Source: an uncultured delta proteobacterium
Lineage (GTDB): Bacteria; Desulfobacterota; RBG-13-43-22
Direction of reading: 5' to 3'
Length of the DNA: 64,000 bases
Assembly (NCBI GenBank): GCA_963743305.1
Contig: CAVUPH010000037.1
Location: forward strand, 15,177-79,176
Numbering within the stretch: position 1 is the first letter of the stretch; every line of letters begins with the position of its first letter. A program made the position numbers and the translations under genes. The notes beneath the pieces are model-generated. The model was given only the letters and a program-made list of their open reading frames with translations. It was not told the DNA's origin and searched no databases. Positions 28,895-40,715 of this stretch are shown here, in pieces.

Positions 28895-29510
28895 ACCACA
28901 ACCACCGCTCCCGGGAAAATTGATTTTCGGCTTGATCTACCGGGGATCGACCCCGGCCCGGAGCTGCTGGGAGGAACTGGAACTGCTCTGGGGGCCCTGG
29001 GATTATATCTCGGCGGTCACGGCTTTCCACTTTACCGGTTATTATGAAAAGGAAATGGGGACTCCCTTGTTTCGACGCTGGGGATGCAGTCGACGCCTGG
29101 TTCCCCAGGACCAATTGGCGGCTATTAAGTTGAAAACCAATGAGCTGGAAACCCGCTGGGAGGTTGAAGGACAACGGCAAGTCAATGTGGATCCGGGAAT
29201 CCTTTCCGCGGAGCGGCTGGTCCTGGCCACCGGGAAAAACTATATTCATCGGATTTATCTGGGTTCCGGCGTTTATGGGGACTTAACCTTGATTTATTCC
29301 AAAGGGGCTTACCGGCCCTTGCCCTGGACTTATCCGGACTACCAGGTTCCGGAGACCATCGCCATGTTCAATATTCTCCGGAAACGGTACCAGATGCAGA
29401 TACAGATGCGAAATTCGAAATCCGAAATCGGAGATCGAAGGACTAAGACTGGGACCCCGCCTGCCGGCTGGGACAAGATCGGTTCACTTGATCTCCAAGG
29501 CAAGCGCTAG
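28887..29510 (+). CDS. DUF4416 family protein
   Basis: YYEKEMG, VNVDPG, LATGKNYIHRIYL, PWTYPDY. Confidence 0.85.
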   Translation: MSKPQPPLPGKLIFGLIYRGSTPARSCWEELELLWGPWDYISAVTAFHFTGYYEKEMGTPLFRRWGCSRRLVPQDQLAAIKLKTNELETRWEVEGQRQVNVDPGILSAERLVLATGKNYIHRIYLGSGVYGDLTLIYSKGAYRPLPWTYPDYQVPETIAMFNILRKRYQMQIQMRNSKSEIGDRRTKTGTPPAGWDKIGSLDLQGKR

Positions 29511-29627
29511 GGGGCGGTGATCAAATGCGACTCCGGTTTGGACGGCGGGGTCGTCCGCCCTTACAAAGGAGCTCTGCTGGATTTCCGAGATCCCAAACCT
29601 TTTATTTTTGTATTAAGGTAACCTATT

Positions 29628-30509
29628 ATGATGAAAAGCATGACCTCTTTCGCCCAGGAGACGACCAACACCAAAGACCAATCCTTGACCTTGGTGGTCC
29701 GGACCTACAACAGCCGCTACCTGGATATTAATCTGCGTCTGGCCGGACCTCTCAGCCCGCTGGAAGACCGGATAAAAAGCTATATTTCATCCCGTATTTC
29801 CCGGGGACGGGTGGAAGTGTCTGTGCAATATTCCGGATCGGGGAAAAATCGCAACGGGACCATGTCCATTAATATCCCGCTGGCCCGCAGCTATTGGGAT
29901 AAACTGAACGAGTTGAAGGCCTCCCTGGGGATTCCCGGGCCCTTAGATTTGAATATCCTGCTCGGCCTAAGGGATGTGCTGACCTATCAGGAGTTGCCTT
30001 CCTCCGAGGAATCGCTCTGGCAGCGTATTCATCGCCCGCTAAAGCAAGTCATGGACGGGGTGGATACCATGCGGTCCGCCGAGGGCCGGCATTTGAGCCA
30101 GGACTTGCTGTCGCGCATCAGGACCATTGAAAAGGCGGTCGGGATTATTTCCAAAAAGGTGCCCCAGGTGGTTCGGGCCTATCAGTTGCGATTGCAAAAA
30201 CGAGTCAACGAACTGGCCGGGGAAACCAAAGTGGATCCCCAGCGCCTGGCCCAGGAAGTGGCCATTCTGGCGGATCGATCCGATATTTCCGAGGAGTTGG
30301 TTCGGTTGGAAAGCCATCTCAAGCAATTGAAAATCCTGTTCCGGGAAACGCAGCCGGTGGGGCGAAAGCTGGAATTCCTGCTTCAGGAGATCAACCGCGA
30401 GATCAATACCATCGGGTCCAAAAGTATGGAGGGGTCCATCTCCCTGCAGGTGGTGGCCGTCAAAGCCGAATTGGAAAAAATGCGGGAACAGATTCAAAAC
30501 ATCGAGTGA
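29628..30509 (+). CDS. yicC: YicC/YloC family endoribonuclease
   Basis: MKSMTSF, DISEELVRL, GRKLEFLLQEINREINTIGSK, EKMREQIQNIE. Confidence 0.95.
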   Translation: MMKSMTSFAQETTNTKDQSLTLVVRTYNSRYLDINLRLAGPLSPLEDRIKSYISSRISRGRVEVSVQYSGSGKNRNGTMSINIPLARSYWDKLNELKASLGIPGPLDLNILLGLRDVLTYQELPSSEESLWQRIHRPLKQVMDGVDTMRSAEGRHLSQDLLSRIRTIEKAVGIISKKVPQVVRAYQLRLQKRVNELAGETKVDPQRLAQEVAILADRSDISEELVRLESHLKQLKILFRETQPVGRKLEFLLQEINREINTIGSKSMEGSISLQVVAVKAELEKMREQIQNIE

Positions 30510-30521
30510 TTGGAGCGACCT

Positions 30522-30839
30522 ATGGAATCGAAATTGTTGAATATCGGGGGTGGTAGTCTGGTGGTCACCGACCGGATCATTGCCATTGTCTCCCCCAATT
30601 CGTCTCCCATGAAGCGGCTGCGGGAGGAGGCCCGGGAGGGTAAGCGCTTGATCGATGCCACTCAGGGTCGAAAGACGCGTTCCATTATTGTCACCGACAG
30701 CAACCACGTGATCCTTTCCGCTATTCAGGCCGAGACCAACGCCCAGCGCTTTAATTCGGAGGGCGCTCAAAAATCCGATCTGAACCACAAAGAGGACGAT
30801 GGTCCCGCGATATTCCAAATAAGAGAAGAGGAAATTTGA
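30522..30839 (+). CDS. remA: DUF370/RemA family protein
   Basis: LLNIG...[16 protein letters not shown]...[27 protein letters not shown]. Confidence 0.9.
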   Translation: MESKLLNIGGGSLVVTDRIIAIVSPNSSPMKRLREEAREGKRLIDATQGRKTRSIIVTDSNHVILSAIQAETNAQRFNSEGAQKSDLNHKEDDGPAIFQIREEEI

Positions 30840-31390
30840 TCATCCTCTCCGGCCCTTCGGGCGTGGGTAAGACCACGCTGCGGAGAAGGGTGCAGAAGAA
30901 AATCGATTCCCTGTCCTTTTCCATCTCCTGGACGACCCGGTCGCCGCGTCCGGGGGAAAAACCGGACCAGGATTATCATTTTGTCTCCCCCGAACAATTT
31001 AAAAAGCAGATCCGCCGGGAAGGTTTTTTGGAGTGGGCCCGGGTCCATAACGACTATTACGGGACACCCTCAAAACCGGTGCAGACCTGGCTGCGTCAGG
31101 GGCGGGACGTCCTGCTGGATATCGATGTCCAGGGGGCCGGGCAAGTGAAGGGGAAAATGCCGGAGGCGGTGAGCATCTTTATCCTGCCTCCCTCCCGGGA
31201 GGAGCTGAAAAGGAGGCTTTCCCAACGCCGGACCGAATCCCCCCAGGCCCTCCGCCTGCGTCTGCGCAACGCCGAAAAAGAGCTGGCCGACTGGCCCCGC
31301 TTCGATTACGCGGTGATCAATGCGGAACTCCCTGCCGCGCTCAAGGCCTTATCCGCCATCCTCCAGGCCCAACACTTTCGCGTTCGGTGA
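30836..31390 (+). CDS. gmk: Guanylate kinase
   Basis: [37 protein letters not shown]. Confidence 0.95.
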   Translation: MIILSGPSGVGKTTLRRRVQKKIDSLSFSISWTTRSPRPGEKPDQDYHFVSPEQFKKQIRREGFLEWARVHNDYYGTPSKPVQTWLRQGRDVLLDIDVQGAGQVKGKMPEAVSIFILPPSREELKRRLSQRRTESPQALRLRLRNAEKELADWPRFDYAVINAELPAALKALSAILQAQHFRVR

Positions 31391-32172
31391 GTATGCCCGC
31401 CATCATCGAAGCCGCCAATACCGAATGGGTCTGGGGAAAACAGGCCGTTCGGGAACTGCTTCGCACCAACCCCCGGCAGGTGAAACAAGTCTGGCTGGCC
31501 CTTTCCTCCAAAGACCCGATTAACCGGGAGATCCAAGAACGCTGTCGCGAGGATAATATCCCCGTAGCCTATAAAGATCGAAAGGCCTGGGAAGAAACCT
31601 TTCGCGTGCCGGCCCATCAATCCGTGGCCGCTCAACTTAAATTCGCCTTCCGCTTTACTCCCTTGGAGGAATTGTTGAAGCGGATTAAGGCGGCGGAAGA
31701 CCCGGCACCGGTCATGGTGATGATCGACCATCTGCAGGATCCTCACAACCTGGGAGCGATCATCCGTACCGCTTACGGGGCCGGGGTCCGGGGAATCATC
31801 CTGCCTAAGGACCGGACCTGCCCAATCTCCGGGACGGTTCACAAAACCGCCGCCGGCGCGCTCGAATACTTGCCCCTGGTTCAGGTTACCAACCTGGTCC
31901 AAACGATCGAGGTCTTAAAAAGAGAGGGTTTCTGGTTTCTAAGCCTGGAGGCCCAAGGCGCACAGACTATTTATCAATTGGATCTGAGGGTGCCCTTGGT
32001 GGTGGTTATCGGCAGCGAAGGGAAAGGAGTCAGCCCCTTAATTTTGAAGAAGTCGGATTGGGTGGCTTCCATTCCCCTGGAAGGCAACCTGACATCCTTA
32101 AATGCCTCGGTGGCCTGCGCCGTAAGGCTTTTTGAGATCCGGCGACAAAGAATAATTTTAAACCGCAGGTAG
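31387..32172 (+). CDS. rlmB: 23S rRNA (Gm2251) 2'-O-methyltransferase, TrmH/SpoU family
   Basis: QDPHNLGAIIRT, KTAAGA, IGSEGKG, SLNASVA. Confidence 0.9.
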   Translation: MSMPAIIEAANTEWVWGKQAVRELLRTNPRQVKQVWLALSSKDPINREIQERCREDNIPVAYKDRKAWEETFRVPAHQSVAAQLKFAFRFTPLEELLKRIKAAEDPAPVMVMIDHLQDPHNLGAIIRTAYGAGVRGIILPKDRTCPISGTVHKTAAGALEYLPLVQVTNLVQTIEVLKREGFWFLSLEAQGAQTIYQLDLRVPLVVVIGSEGKGVSPLILKKSDWVASIPLEGNLTSLNASVACAVRLFEIRRQRIILNRR

Positions 32173-32438
32173 GATAACCCTGGGCGTTTGGCCCGCGATT
32201 TCCTTCCCGGTCCGGCGTTCGCGCCGGTCTCTGTAAGCGCCGTTCACCTCCTGCTCTTGAATATATCCTAAAAAAAATGTTGACAATTCTGATAGAGTAA
32301 TTTAAAGAAACAAACCATCATTATCTAATTATGATTTTCCCGTAAAATAGAATAAATCAGTTGTAAGTTGACTCCTTTCTCGACCGACCGGATTGAAAGT
32401 TCAATAAGGTGGAACGGAAGAAGACAATGATATCTGGG

Positions 32439-32475
32439 AACCCCGTTTCCCCCCCCAAGGGAATGGGGTTTTTTT
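32439..32475 (+). terminator. Intrinsic terminator-like hairpin about 120 bp upstream of the large secreted-protein gene
   Basis: aaccccgtttcc / gggaatggggtt stem followed by a T run. Confidence 0.75.
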
Positions 32476-32597
32476 ATTTGTTCTCCGGAAGCTGGAGGAC
32501 GTTATTAGGGCATTGATATAATTAAATAATAGTTTTATTGCCGGTAGTTAATCGCATGAAGTTGTTTCTCATTTTTGGCTGATTGTGGAGGTCTGAG

Positions 32598-35500
32598 ATG
32601 ATAATCAAGAAATGGGGTATTTTAGTATCGATTGCGGGTTTTGCCATTCTATCCATGACCGTCATCTCCCCCCCAATCTTTGCCGCTACACCGGTGACAA
32701 CCTGGGAGTATGATCAGATCAGGCCGGCAATAACCTATAACAGCAAAGTTAACGAATATCTGGCGGTTTGGGAAGATCACCATTGGGGAAACGGGAACGA
32801 TTGGGACATCTATGGCCAGCGGATCGGATCGGACGGGTTGCCTGTAGGAGGCAGGTTCGGGATTTCCTGGGATAATACCCAACATCGCCAGAACCCGACG
32901 GTCGCCGTCAATACCTCCAATGGCGAGTATTTGGTGGTTTGGGAGTATGAATACTCGCCCACCGACCACGATATTCTTGCGCGCCGATTAAGTAGTGACG
33001 GGACATTAATTGGGAACGAGTTTGTAATCGCTAACTTGACCAATAACGAAAGCTCTCCGGCCATCACCTTTAATCCTTTTTATAACGAATACTTAGTAGT
33101 CTGGAAACAATTCACCGGCTCCGAAGAGTTTTTTCAAGGAGATATCCTTGCCCAGCGTATAAATGCCGATGGAACGAAAAATGGAAGTTCATTCGTTATC
33201 ACTGATCAGGCATACGACGAAGGAGCCCCGGCCGTTGCCTATAATTCCGTTAACGCAGAATATTTGGTGGTTTGGGAAAGCCAGCCTTTGGACGACTACA
33301 ATATTACCGGGCAACGGGTTGCGAGCAACGGAGGCCTCTTGGGATCCGATATCCTCATCTCTAACTGGTCGTACAACCAGCGGAGGCCAAAAGCGGCCTA
33401 TAACAGCCAGGACAATCAATACCTGGTTGTTTGGGAGGACCACCATCTGGGAGGTGCCCCAGAAGGTGACATTTACGGTCAGTTGATTAATAACAATGGG
33501 TCCCTGCTTGGGAGTAATTTCCCCATTTCTTGGGACGGGACCAATTCCCGTTTGAACCCGTCCGTTGCCTATAGCAAAACCGGCAACGAATACCTGGTGG
33601 TCTGGGAATATGTTTACAGCGTCACCGACCATGACATCTATATCCGTCGGGTGAAAAAAGACGGGTCGCTGATCGAGAATGAGATTTCCTTCTCAGCATC
33701 AGGGAGTTACGAAGGTTACCCGGCACTAAGCTCAGATGGGGGCCTAAATTATTTGCTTGTTTGGGAGGATGGCCGGGATGCTGCATCCCAAGGAATAAAC
33801 CTATACAGCAGTCTGTATACGTTAACCGCCCTTTCGGGAACGGTCTACGTCGGCAATGTAGGCAATGAAACCATTCCTCTGGGAGGAGCAACCGTCCGAT
33901 TGTACTGTTCAAGTAATGCCAATGAGTTAGGAGTCCTCCTCGCCGATAATGTAACCAATTCTTCTGGTTATTACGCCCTTCCCGTTTCCGGGTCATGTAA
34001 TTATTATAATATTGTTGAGGTTGATTTGCCGGGATATAGCTCGGCCGGAGATACTTCTATTGATGGGACGGTGGTTGATGCCAATAGAATCAGATATTCT
34101 TCGCCCTTATCGGGGAAGACCCTCTCTTCTAATAAGTTCTGGGATCATCCACCCTCCACTACGACCTCCTGTTCTTCTTGTGACGATTGCACAGCCAAAC
34201 TGAATGGATCCTATGGGACTATTAACCTGGCCAATAATTTAACCGAAATTACCGGGTCCTGTATTGGTTTTAATGCCAGCAATGCCACCTTTGATTGTCA
34301 GGGACACACGATTAGTGGGACCGGAGGTGAACAAACTTACGGGATCAAATGGCTGGGGAAGACAAACAATACCATCAAGAATTGCACCATATCCTATTTT
34401 GAAACGGGGATCGATTTGCAGGGATCGACCTATGCGGCGTTAAACAATAACACCCTTCAACATAATACCTATAGTGGAATCTATCTAAATGAGTCCAATT
34501 CGAATACGATAACCAGCAATTCTTTCACTCGAAACGAAAACGGACTGGCGATCAACCTATCCGATTTAAATACCATAACGAGCAACACCCTATGCAAGCA
34601 GAAATCCAGGGATATTTACGGAGTAAATGAGACTACCGGGAATATTCAAACGAATAACAAGTGCGATTCGATTTATAACTGGAACGGGAATGATCAGATT
34701 ATTTCCTGCGATACGGTCTGTACGCCCAACGTCTCTACGACCTGCTCTTCCGCTACAACCTTACAAAATTCCTTGAACGGGGATTTCAACCACATAACCT
34801 TGACGAACGATATTTATGTATCTTCTGGTTTTCGTTTCCACGGCAATCATTTGACTTTGGACTGTAATGGTCACGTCTTAGGGGGATCCGGGACATCGTC
34901 CGGATTTATTATTGACAAGCAAATAGGTGTTGAAATCAAGAATTGCACGATAGCCAGTTTCGGCACCGGGATTGAATTAAGGTCGGCGTCTCAAAATTCA
35001 ATCCATAACAACCAAATCATCTACAATAATACTGGAATCAGTCTATCGAAAACCGATTTGGTATTAGAACCGACTACAAACTCTATTGCCAACAATTCAT
35101 TGAATGATAACACCAATATTGGCATCCTATTATCAGCCGGGAAAAATAATCTGATAAGTGCAAATACCATCAATAATATAGGGAATTACTCGATATGGGT
35201 AACGGGGGAAAGCTGTACCAACACCTTGGCGAATAATATCGGTCCCGGCGGGAAGAACGTCTTCTATTTAAACAATGTCGGATATGTAAATCCTCAATCC
35301 ATTCCCGTAGGGAATTACGGTGAAATTATTTTATGCAACGTACAAAACGCAATAATCGAAAACTTTGCTTTGAACAATGGAACAGCCAAGAATGACGGCA
35401 TATTATTAATAAATTCGAGCAATCTCGAATGTTCGGAATAATACCATTCAAAACACGAATGGAATTTCGCTAATCGGTTCGGATAATAATAAAATATATA

Positions 35501-38175
35501 ATAATTCCAACATTGCATTCAGCAAATCCAATGGAATTTATTTATCATTAAGCAAGAATAACCAGATTTATAGCAACACTATTCAGAACAATGATAATGG
35601 TGCGGCGGTTTATAATGACAATCAATCCAATTTTACCCAGCTTATTGATAATATTATAAAAACAAATAAAAATGGGATAACGGTTGACAACTCGGACAAC
35701 GTATCCATGAAAACCAACACCCTGGAGAGTAACGTAAATGACGGGATTTATATCCATGAATCGGATAATAGCCTATTGGAGGGGAATAAGGCCAATCTCA
35801 ACGGCTCGGGTATATGGTTGGCTCCCCACAGCAACAAGGCCGAATTAAAAAGCAACGTGGCGTGTTACAACAAGAATTCCGATTTCTATAATGAGAATTA
35901 TAATGAGAGACAACACCAACACCGGACAGTCCAATAAATGTATCAATTCCTGGAATTGGCAGGATTCGGATTTGTACATGGCTTCCGGGTGCAAAACCAA
36001 ATGTGTCGGCTGGTATCAATACCAATATGGCTACAATTTTAAAAATCCCTCAAAAGAATGGCTATCCTGGGATGAATTCATTGAAACGTTTGGGGTGGAA
36101 AGCATTTTTGCAACGGTCGATGTATGTATTGGTTTGGGTGGATGCATTCCATTTTTAGGTTGCCTCTGTGCGGGGTACGTTGCCCATATCCCAACCGGTA
36201 TCCCAGACCCGATTGCGTTAGGGGTAATGTTTCCGGTATACACGACAACGGCACGACCTGGGAGATGTACGGGAATGAGTAATACAAGTTTGCGGTTTTA
36301 TTATAATAATAAGAAGCCATCGGATTTTCTTCCTTCCGCAAAAAAGGTTTCCGATCTAAATTTAGAAGGACAAGTCGAATTTGATATCGACTCCTCGCAG
36401 GGTGCAATCATATCTAAGGAAATTGCAGAACCATATCTAAATTACCAGTACTTAATAGCTACGCAGGGAAAAACAACGCCAACAATGTATTGGCTCAAGT
36501 CAAACAAGGTCTCGAGAGCGGAAACCTCGGGAGTATTGTCATGTCAAACAGTGGGTCAGGTCATACCGTGGTGGCTACGGACGTTCGAGAAGATGGAAAT
36601 ATCGCCCGGATATACATATATGATAATAACCTTCCGCTTTATTCAAACCAGTTTTTGACCAATGAAGAAGATTATCCAAATATTATGATCCATAAAGACA
36701 CTAATACCTGGTCGTATGACGAGCATCCGGAATTTGATGTGATTTGGTATGCACCTTATTCACTTACCAATGGAAAACATACCCTGCCAAATTCCACAGA
36801 TCTAAATATCGGCGGTACTCTTTTCGATATTGTCACCAGTTGGGGTTCTGCAGATACTCAAGTAGAAGACGAGGCGGGCAATAAGTTAGGATGGAGGGAT
36901 GGACAATTCAAATTGGAAATACCCCGTGGAGCACCCATGCCCCTTATAGGAGGTTCAGGTTATTCGAATGTTCAAACTTTGTTTATACCTGCGAATCACT
37001 ATAAAGTGAATCTAACCGGAAAAGAAACAGGGACGTATAATTTTGCGTTGATGTTAAACAAGGCCTTTTTGCAATTAGAGGAAGTGCCGACCCAGTTGGC
37101 TACTCAGGATATATTGACTTTCAATCGCCCAAATGTGGAATTGCCACTCGGAACATATATTTTGGAGACATCGGACCTTAGTAAGACTTACTCCCTGACC
37201 TTAGGGGCTAAATTTAGTATATCCAATACGTTGCGGACCTATTCCATACGAAAGGCAACCATTAAGAAAGGCGCTAAAGCCTTATTTAGGATTAGTTCTG
37301 ATTTTAATTCAATCATTTTTACTAACCAGGGCCCTGACCCCGTGGTGTTCGATGTGGAATTTGGAAACACTATGGTTTCAAATAAGAACCAAATTGGCGA
37401 TACTATTCCCAAGGGAGGTCGTGCGAACTTAACCATCAATCCCTTTACCACACTGGTATTGACCCCTATAGACTGGCTTAATTTAAATCAAAACCAAATA
37501 AGACTAACTGAAGAAGAATGTGGAAATCAGATATGTGGAAATGGGGAAGATGCGAATAATTGTTCGGTGGACTGTCCAATAATTAATTCTCAAGGGCCCT
37601 ACGATAACATGCACATTACGGAATCGACCACACTAGCTACCGGCACTTACCCAATAAGTGATCCGGGAGGGGATGGAGTGCTGATTATTGAAAGGGATGG
37701 AGTAACCTTGGATTGTAACGGTGCCAAATTGCAGGGAAACGGAACCGGGACAGGTATTGTAAGCAACGGGAAAAGTAACGTCACTATTAAGAATTGTCTA
37801 ATTGAAAATTACGGAGTTGGAATTAAATTCGACAACAATTCAAAGATAAAAATCATAAATTCCGCAGTGACAGCTAACAAACAGTCAGGGATCCAAGCTA
37901 GTAGTTCCAGTAATTCGGAAATATCACAAAATTATCTGAATGACAATGGGAATGGAATGGAATTGATGGGATCAAACGACTCAAAAGTGACCCAAAATAT
38001 CATCTGCGGGAATTCAAATTTGGATATTAATTCATCCTCAAGCAGTAACAATGTGGGGACAGGTAATATTTGCAGGAATGTTAACGATTGGGAAGAACAG
38101 GGGGTAATGGGATGTACTTATGTGTGTGGGGAATTTAAGAATTTGATCTATCTTCCAATTATATTGAAGGATTAA
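32598..38175 (+). CDS. Large secreted multidomain protein (about 1860 aa): 7-repeat beta-propeller-like region, Ig-like domain, NosD/CASH parallel beta-helices, Cys-rich motifs, C-terminal IYLPIILKD; split by three frameshifts (near 35430, 35900, 36480)
   Basis: GGAGG RBS and signal peptide; seven YLxVW repeats; repeated TLDCNG/GIxLxxSxNNxIxxN; beta-helix sequence continues across the first break into the frame of ORF 35707-35937. Confidence 0.8.
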
Positions 38176-38224
38176 AATTTACTCATTGTTAGAGACAAAT
38201 TTTTGGAACAAGGGATGTAGGAAT

Positions 38225-39648
38225 TTAATGGCCCAATTGTGGTCTGTTGGTATCCTTCAAGAGTTCTTCCGGCGTCTTCAAAACAGAAAAAATTGCAAAA
38301 AGCAGAACGGGAAAGAGTTGCAGGAAGAGGCGGTCCAGTGTGGTATCCAGATAAAAGGTCAGATTTTGGGGGAAAAGGAGGAAGACCAGAAAAAAAACGG
38401 CGGTTTGCAGCGAGATCAAAATAAAGGGGAAAAGGTCCTTTTTTAAAGCTTGATCAGAAAGGCGCGCGAAGAAAGCGTATAGAATCAAAACCGGCAGTAG
38501 GGGAAAGGTCCATTGCCCAAAAAACAAAGCACTTTTGAAAAACCGAACCAGAATGGTCCCATATCGGCCAAGGTCGGTCAGATGGGCCGCCAATGGTTCC
38601 GGCCGGTTTAAGGCATAAAAACTATTGGCCGGGGCTAAAAGGAGTTTATGGTAAAGGATCAACACCAGGACTGGCGCCAACCCGATGAGGAAGAATAAAC
38701 AGGGTTTCCAGTGGATGCTTCCAGCGATGGGTTAGGGCCCCTACAAACAACAGGGAAAGAGGTATTAGGGCCGCCAAGACCTGCCCCTCGTTTTTAGTCC
38801 AGGCGGAGAAACCGATCAGTAGGCCGGCCAAAATAGAGGCGCCGTAGTTATTTGCAGGCCTGCGGTCGGATAAGGATAAAAGGGCAATTCCCGAAAGTAA
38901 GTAAAAGGCTAAAGGGATATCCGCATATTGGGAGGCCCCATGGATCAAGAAGAAAGGGGTCCCCAAAAGGAGTATCCCCGCCAGGTATCCCTGACTGCTG
39001 CTTTTTATCGGGCTTAAGGAAGAAACCAGTATCCCGGTAGTGCTGAGGGTGAATAGTAAGGCCAGAGCCGAGGGTACCCAAGGCGTTTCCTCTCCCAGGT
39101 AAAACCAGCCGCGCGCTATAGCTAAAGGCAACAGCAAGGGATAATCCGGATGAGACCAGCCCAGAAGAGGGCTAAAGCCATCCTGCCAGTTTTCGGCCCC
39201 TCTAAAAATGAAACGGGCCCGGTTATTCCAAATGGCCCAAGCATCCCAATTTCCATGGGGATACAAAATGGAGATTAGTATCAAGACCAAAGTTCCGCTG
39301 ATTAATAAAAGATAAAAACCAGAAGCGGTGATAGCGCTGAATCGAGAGGAAGACGGCTGGGAACCCCGCGGTTCAATATTTTTTGGACGCCTCTTTTTAT
39401 TGACTGCCGAGTGCATCACCAAGAATAAGCAGAGTAGTAATTCCAAGCAGTATATAGCTTTTATGAAACCGGCCAATCAGTAAAAGCCAAAGAAATAGGA
39501 GGGCGGAAGAAAACCCCCATCCCACCCCCAGGCCGAGGAAGAGGCGGAAGATTAAGGGATGTTTTTCCTCCGGACCGGAGAGCAACCGATCGACCAAGGC
39601 CGAACCCGTAAGGAAAGAAATCACTAGGGAAAAAAAGAAGGCCATCAA
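38225..39648 (-). CDS. Polytopic membrane protein, GT-C/PMT-like glycosyltransferase (split by two frameshifts)
   Basis: Fragments 39397-39648, 38646-39476 and 38225-38680 are all hydrophobic; WDAWAIW, HPDYPLLLP, YADIPL, WTKNEG motifs. Confidence 0.65.
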
Positions 39649-40049
39649 CGAGGGGCACGTTCCAGGAGTATCAGGCCGTTTTCAAAAACCCGGACGACTT
39701 GCATTCTATGTTGCGTTGCTATTTTTTCAAGGTTGGAAGGATCATAAAAGATCCCGATGGCCGGGGAAATCGCGGGATCTCTGGAGATCAAGAGGGGAGA
39801 GAGGGCGTACTGGGTTTGATAAAAATCAGCCACTTCCTTACGGTCGGAGACAAAACCGATTGTTCCGCGGGCGGGCAGATACGGTTTTAGCTTTCTCAGT
39901 TGATTCTCCCGAACGGATACCGGGTCGGTAAAGGCAGAAAAGCCTTCCCGGGGGAATAGTTTCTTTATCAGTTGAACCTGCGAGGATAACCCCAGGCCAA
40001 CCCAAAAGACCAAAAAAGCGGTCCACAACCAGAATTTTATCTTCACCAA
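39645..40049 (-). CDS. Hypothetical membrane-anchored protein
   Basis: 134 aa ORF with an N-terminal TM helix; stop overlaps the start of the GT-C gene. Confidence 0.7.
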   Translation of the reverse strand: MVKIKFWLWTAFLVFWVGLGLSSQVQLIKKLFPREGFSAFTDPVSVRENQLRKLKPYLPARGTIGFVSDRKEVADFYQTQYALSPLLISRDPAISPAIGIFYDPSNLEKIATQHRMQVVRVFENGLILLERAPR

Positions 40050-40212
40050 GAAATCCCTCGTAGGAAAGGGCGTTGCCCGGTTGATTGACCATCCCCGCTC
40101 TGGGAACCTGCCTGCCCTCCGGTACCGCTACGGTCGGCGATGGCCTTCTCACCTACCGGACAGCCTGCCCCGCCAGCGGTTGTAATCGCTCTTTCACCAA
40201 AGGACCAAAAAT

Positions 40213-40690
40213 CTATTTTCCGGCGTAAATCTTTTTCATCTCCAATTTTATTCGGTCAATGGGAACGCCCAGATCGTTGAGTAAAAAAGCGTGCATTGTT
40301 TGTGCATCGCAGACGTTGCAGTTGGCCGCATGGTCATCAAATTTACCAAGGGTCCCCTTTTTGAGAAAGCAATAAGAAAGGTTTTTGTGACCCATCTCTT
40401 CGCAAAAACAGTAGCAGTGAAAATTGGGCCAATAAACGTGTTTCCTTGACCGCGATCTTGTAAGACACCAGAACAGAATCATTGATGTAGACGAATTTTG
40501 GAAAATTATAGCTTTTCCAAGTTTCTCCGGGATATTTTTTGGCTACCAGGGGCATTGCCCTGGCTGTGAGTTCCTGGAGATTCATTTTGGCCAGGGCCTG
40601 TATTTCTTTTTCCTGATTGGATGACCAGACGAGATTATTCATAAAAAAAACCAGCAGCGCAACCAAGATGCTTTTCGCGAAAATTTTCAT
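40213..40690 (-). CDS. Exported PCYCGC-family-like metal-binding protein (variant HCYCFC); frameshift near 40422
   Basis: Removing one T joins LLAQF to HCYCFCEEMGHKNLSYCF...DHAANCNVC; N-terminal signal peptide. Confidence 0.75.
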
Positions 40691-40715
40691 GGTCGTTTCT
40701 CCTTCCCTCTATTGT

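Noticed and set aside
40136-40200. Fluoride riboswitch-like start (ggcgatgg...ttctcacc)
   Set aside because: Lacks the downstream GCTRATGAC element, is on the opposite strand to adjacent genes and is far from the CLC gene
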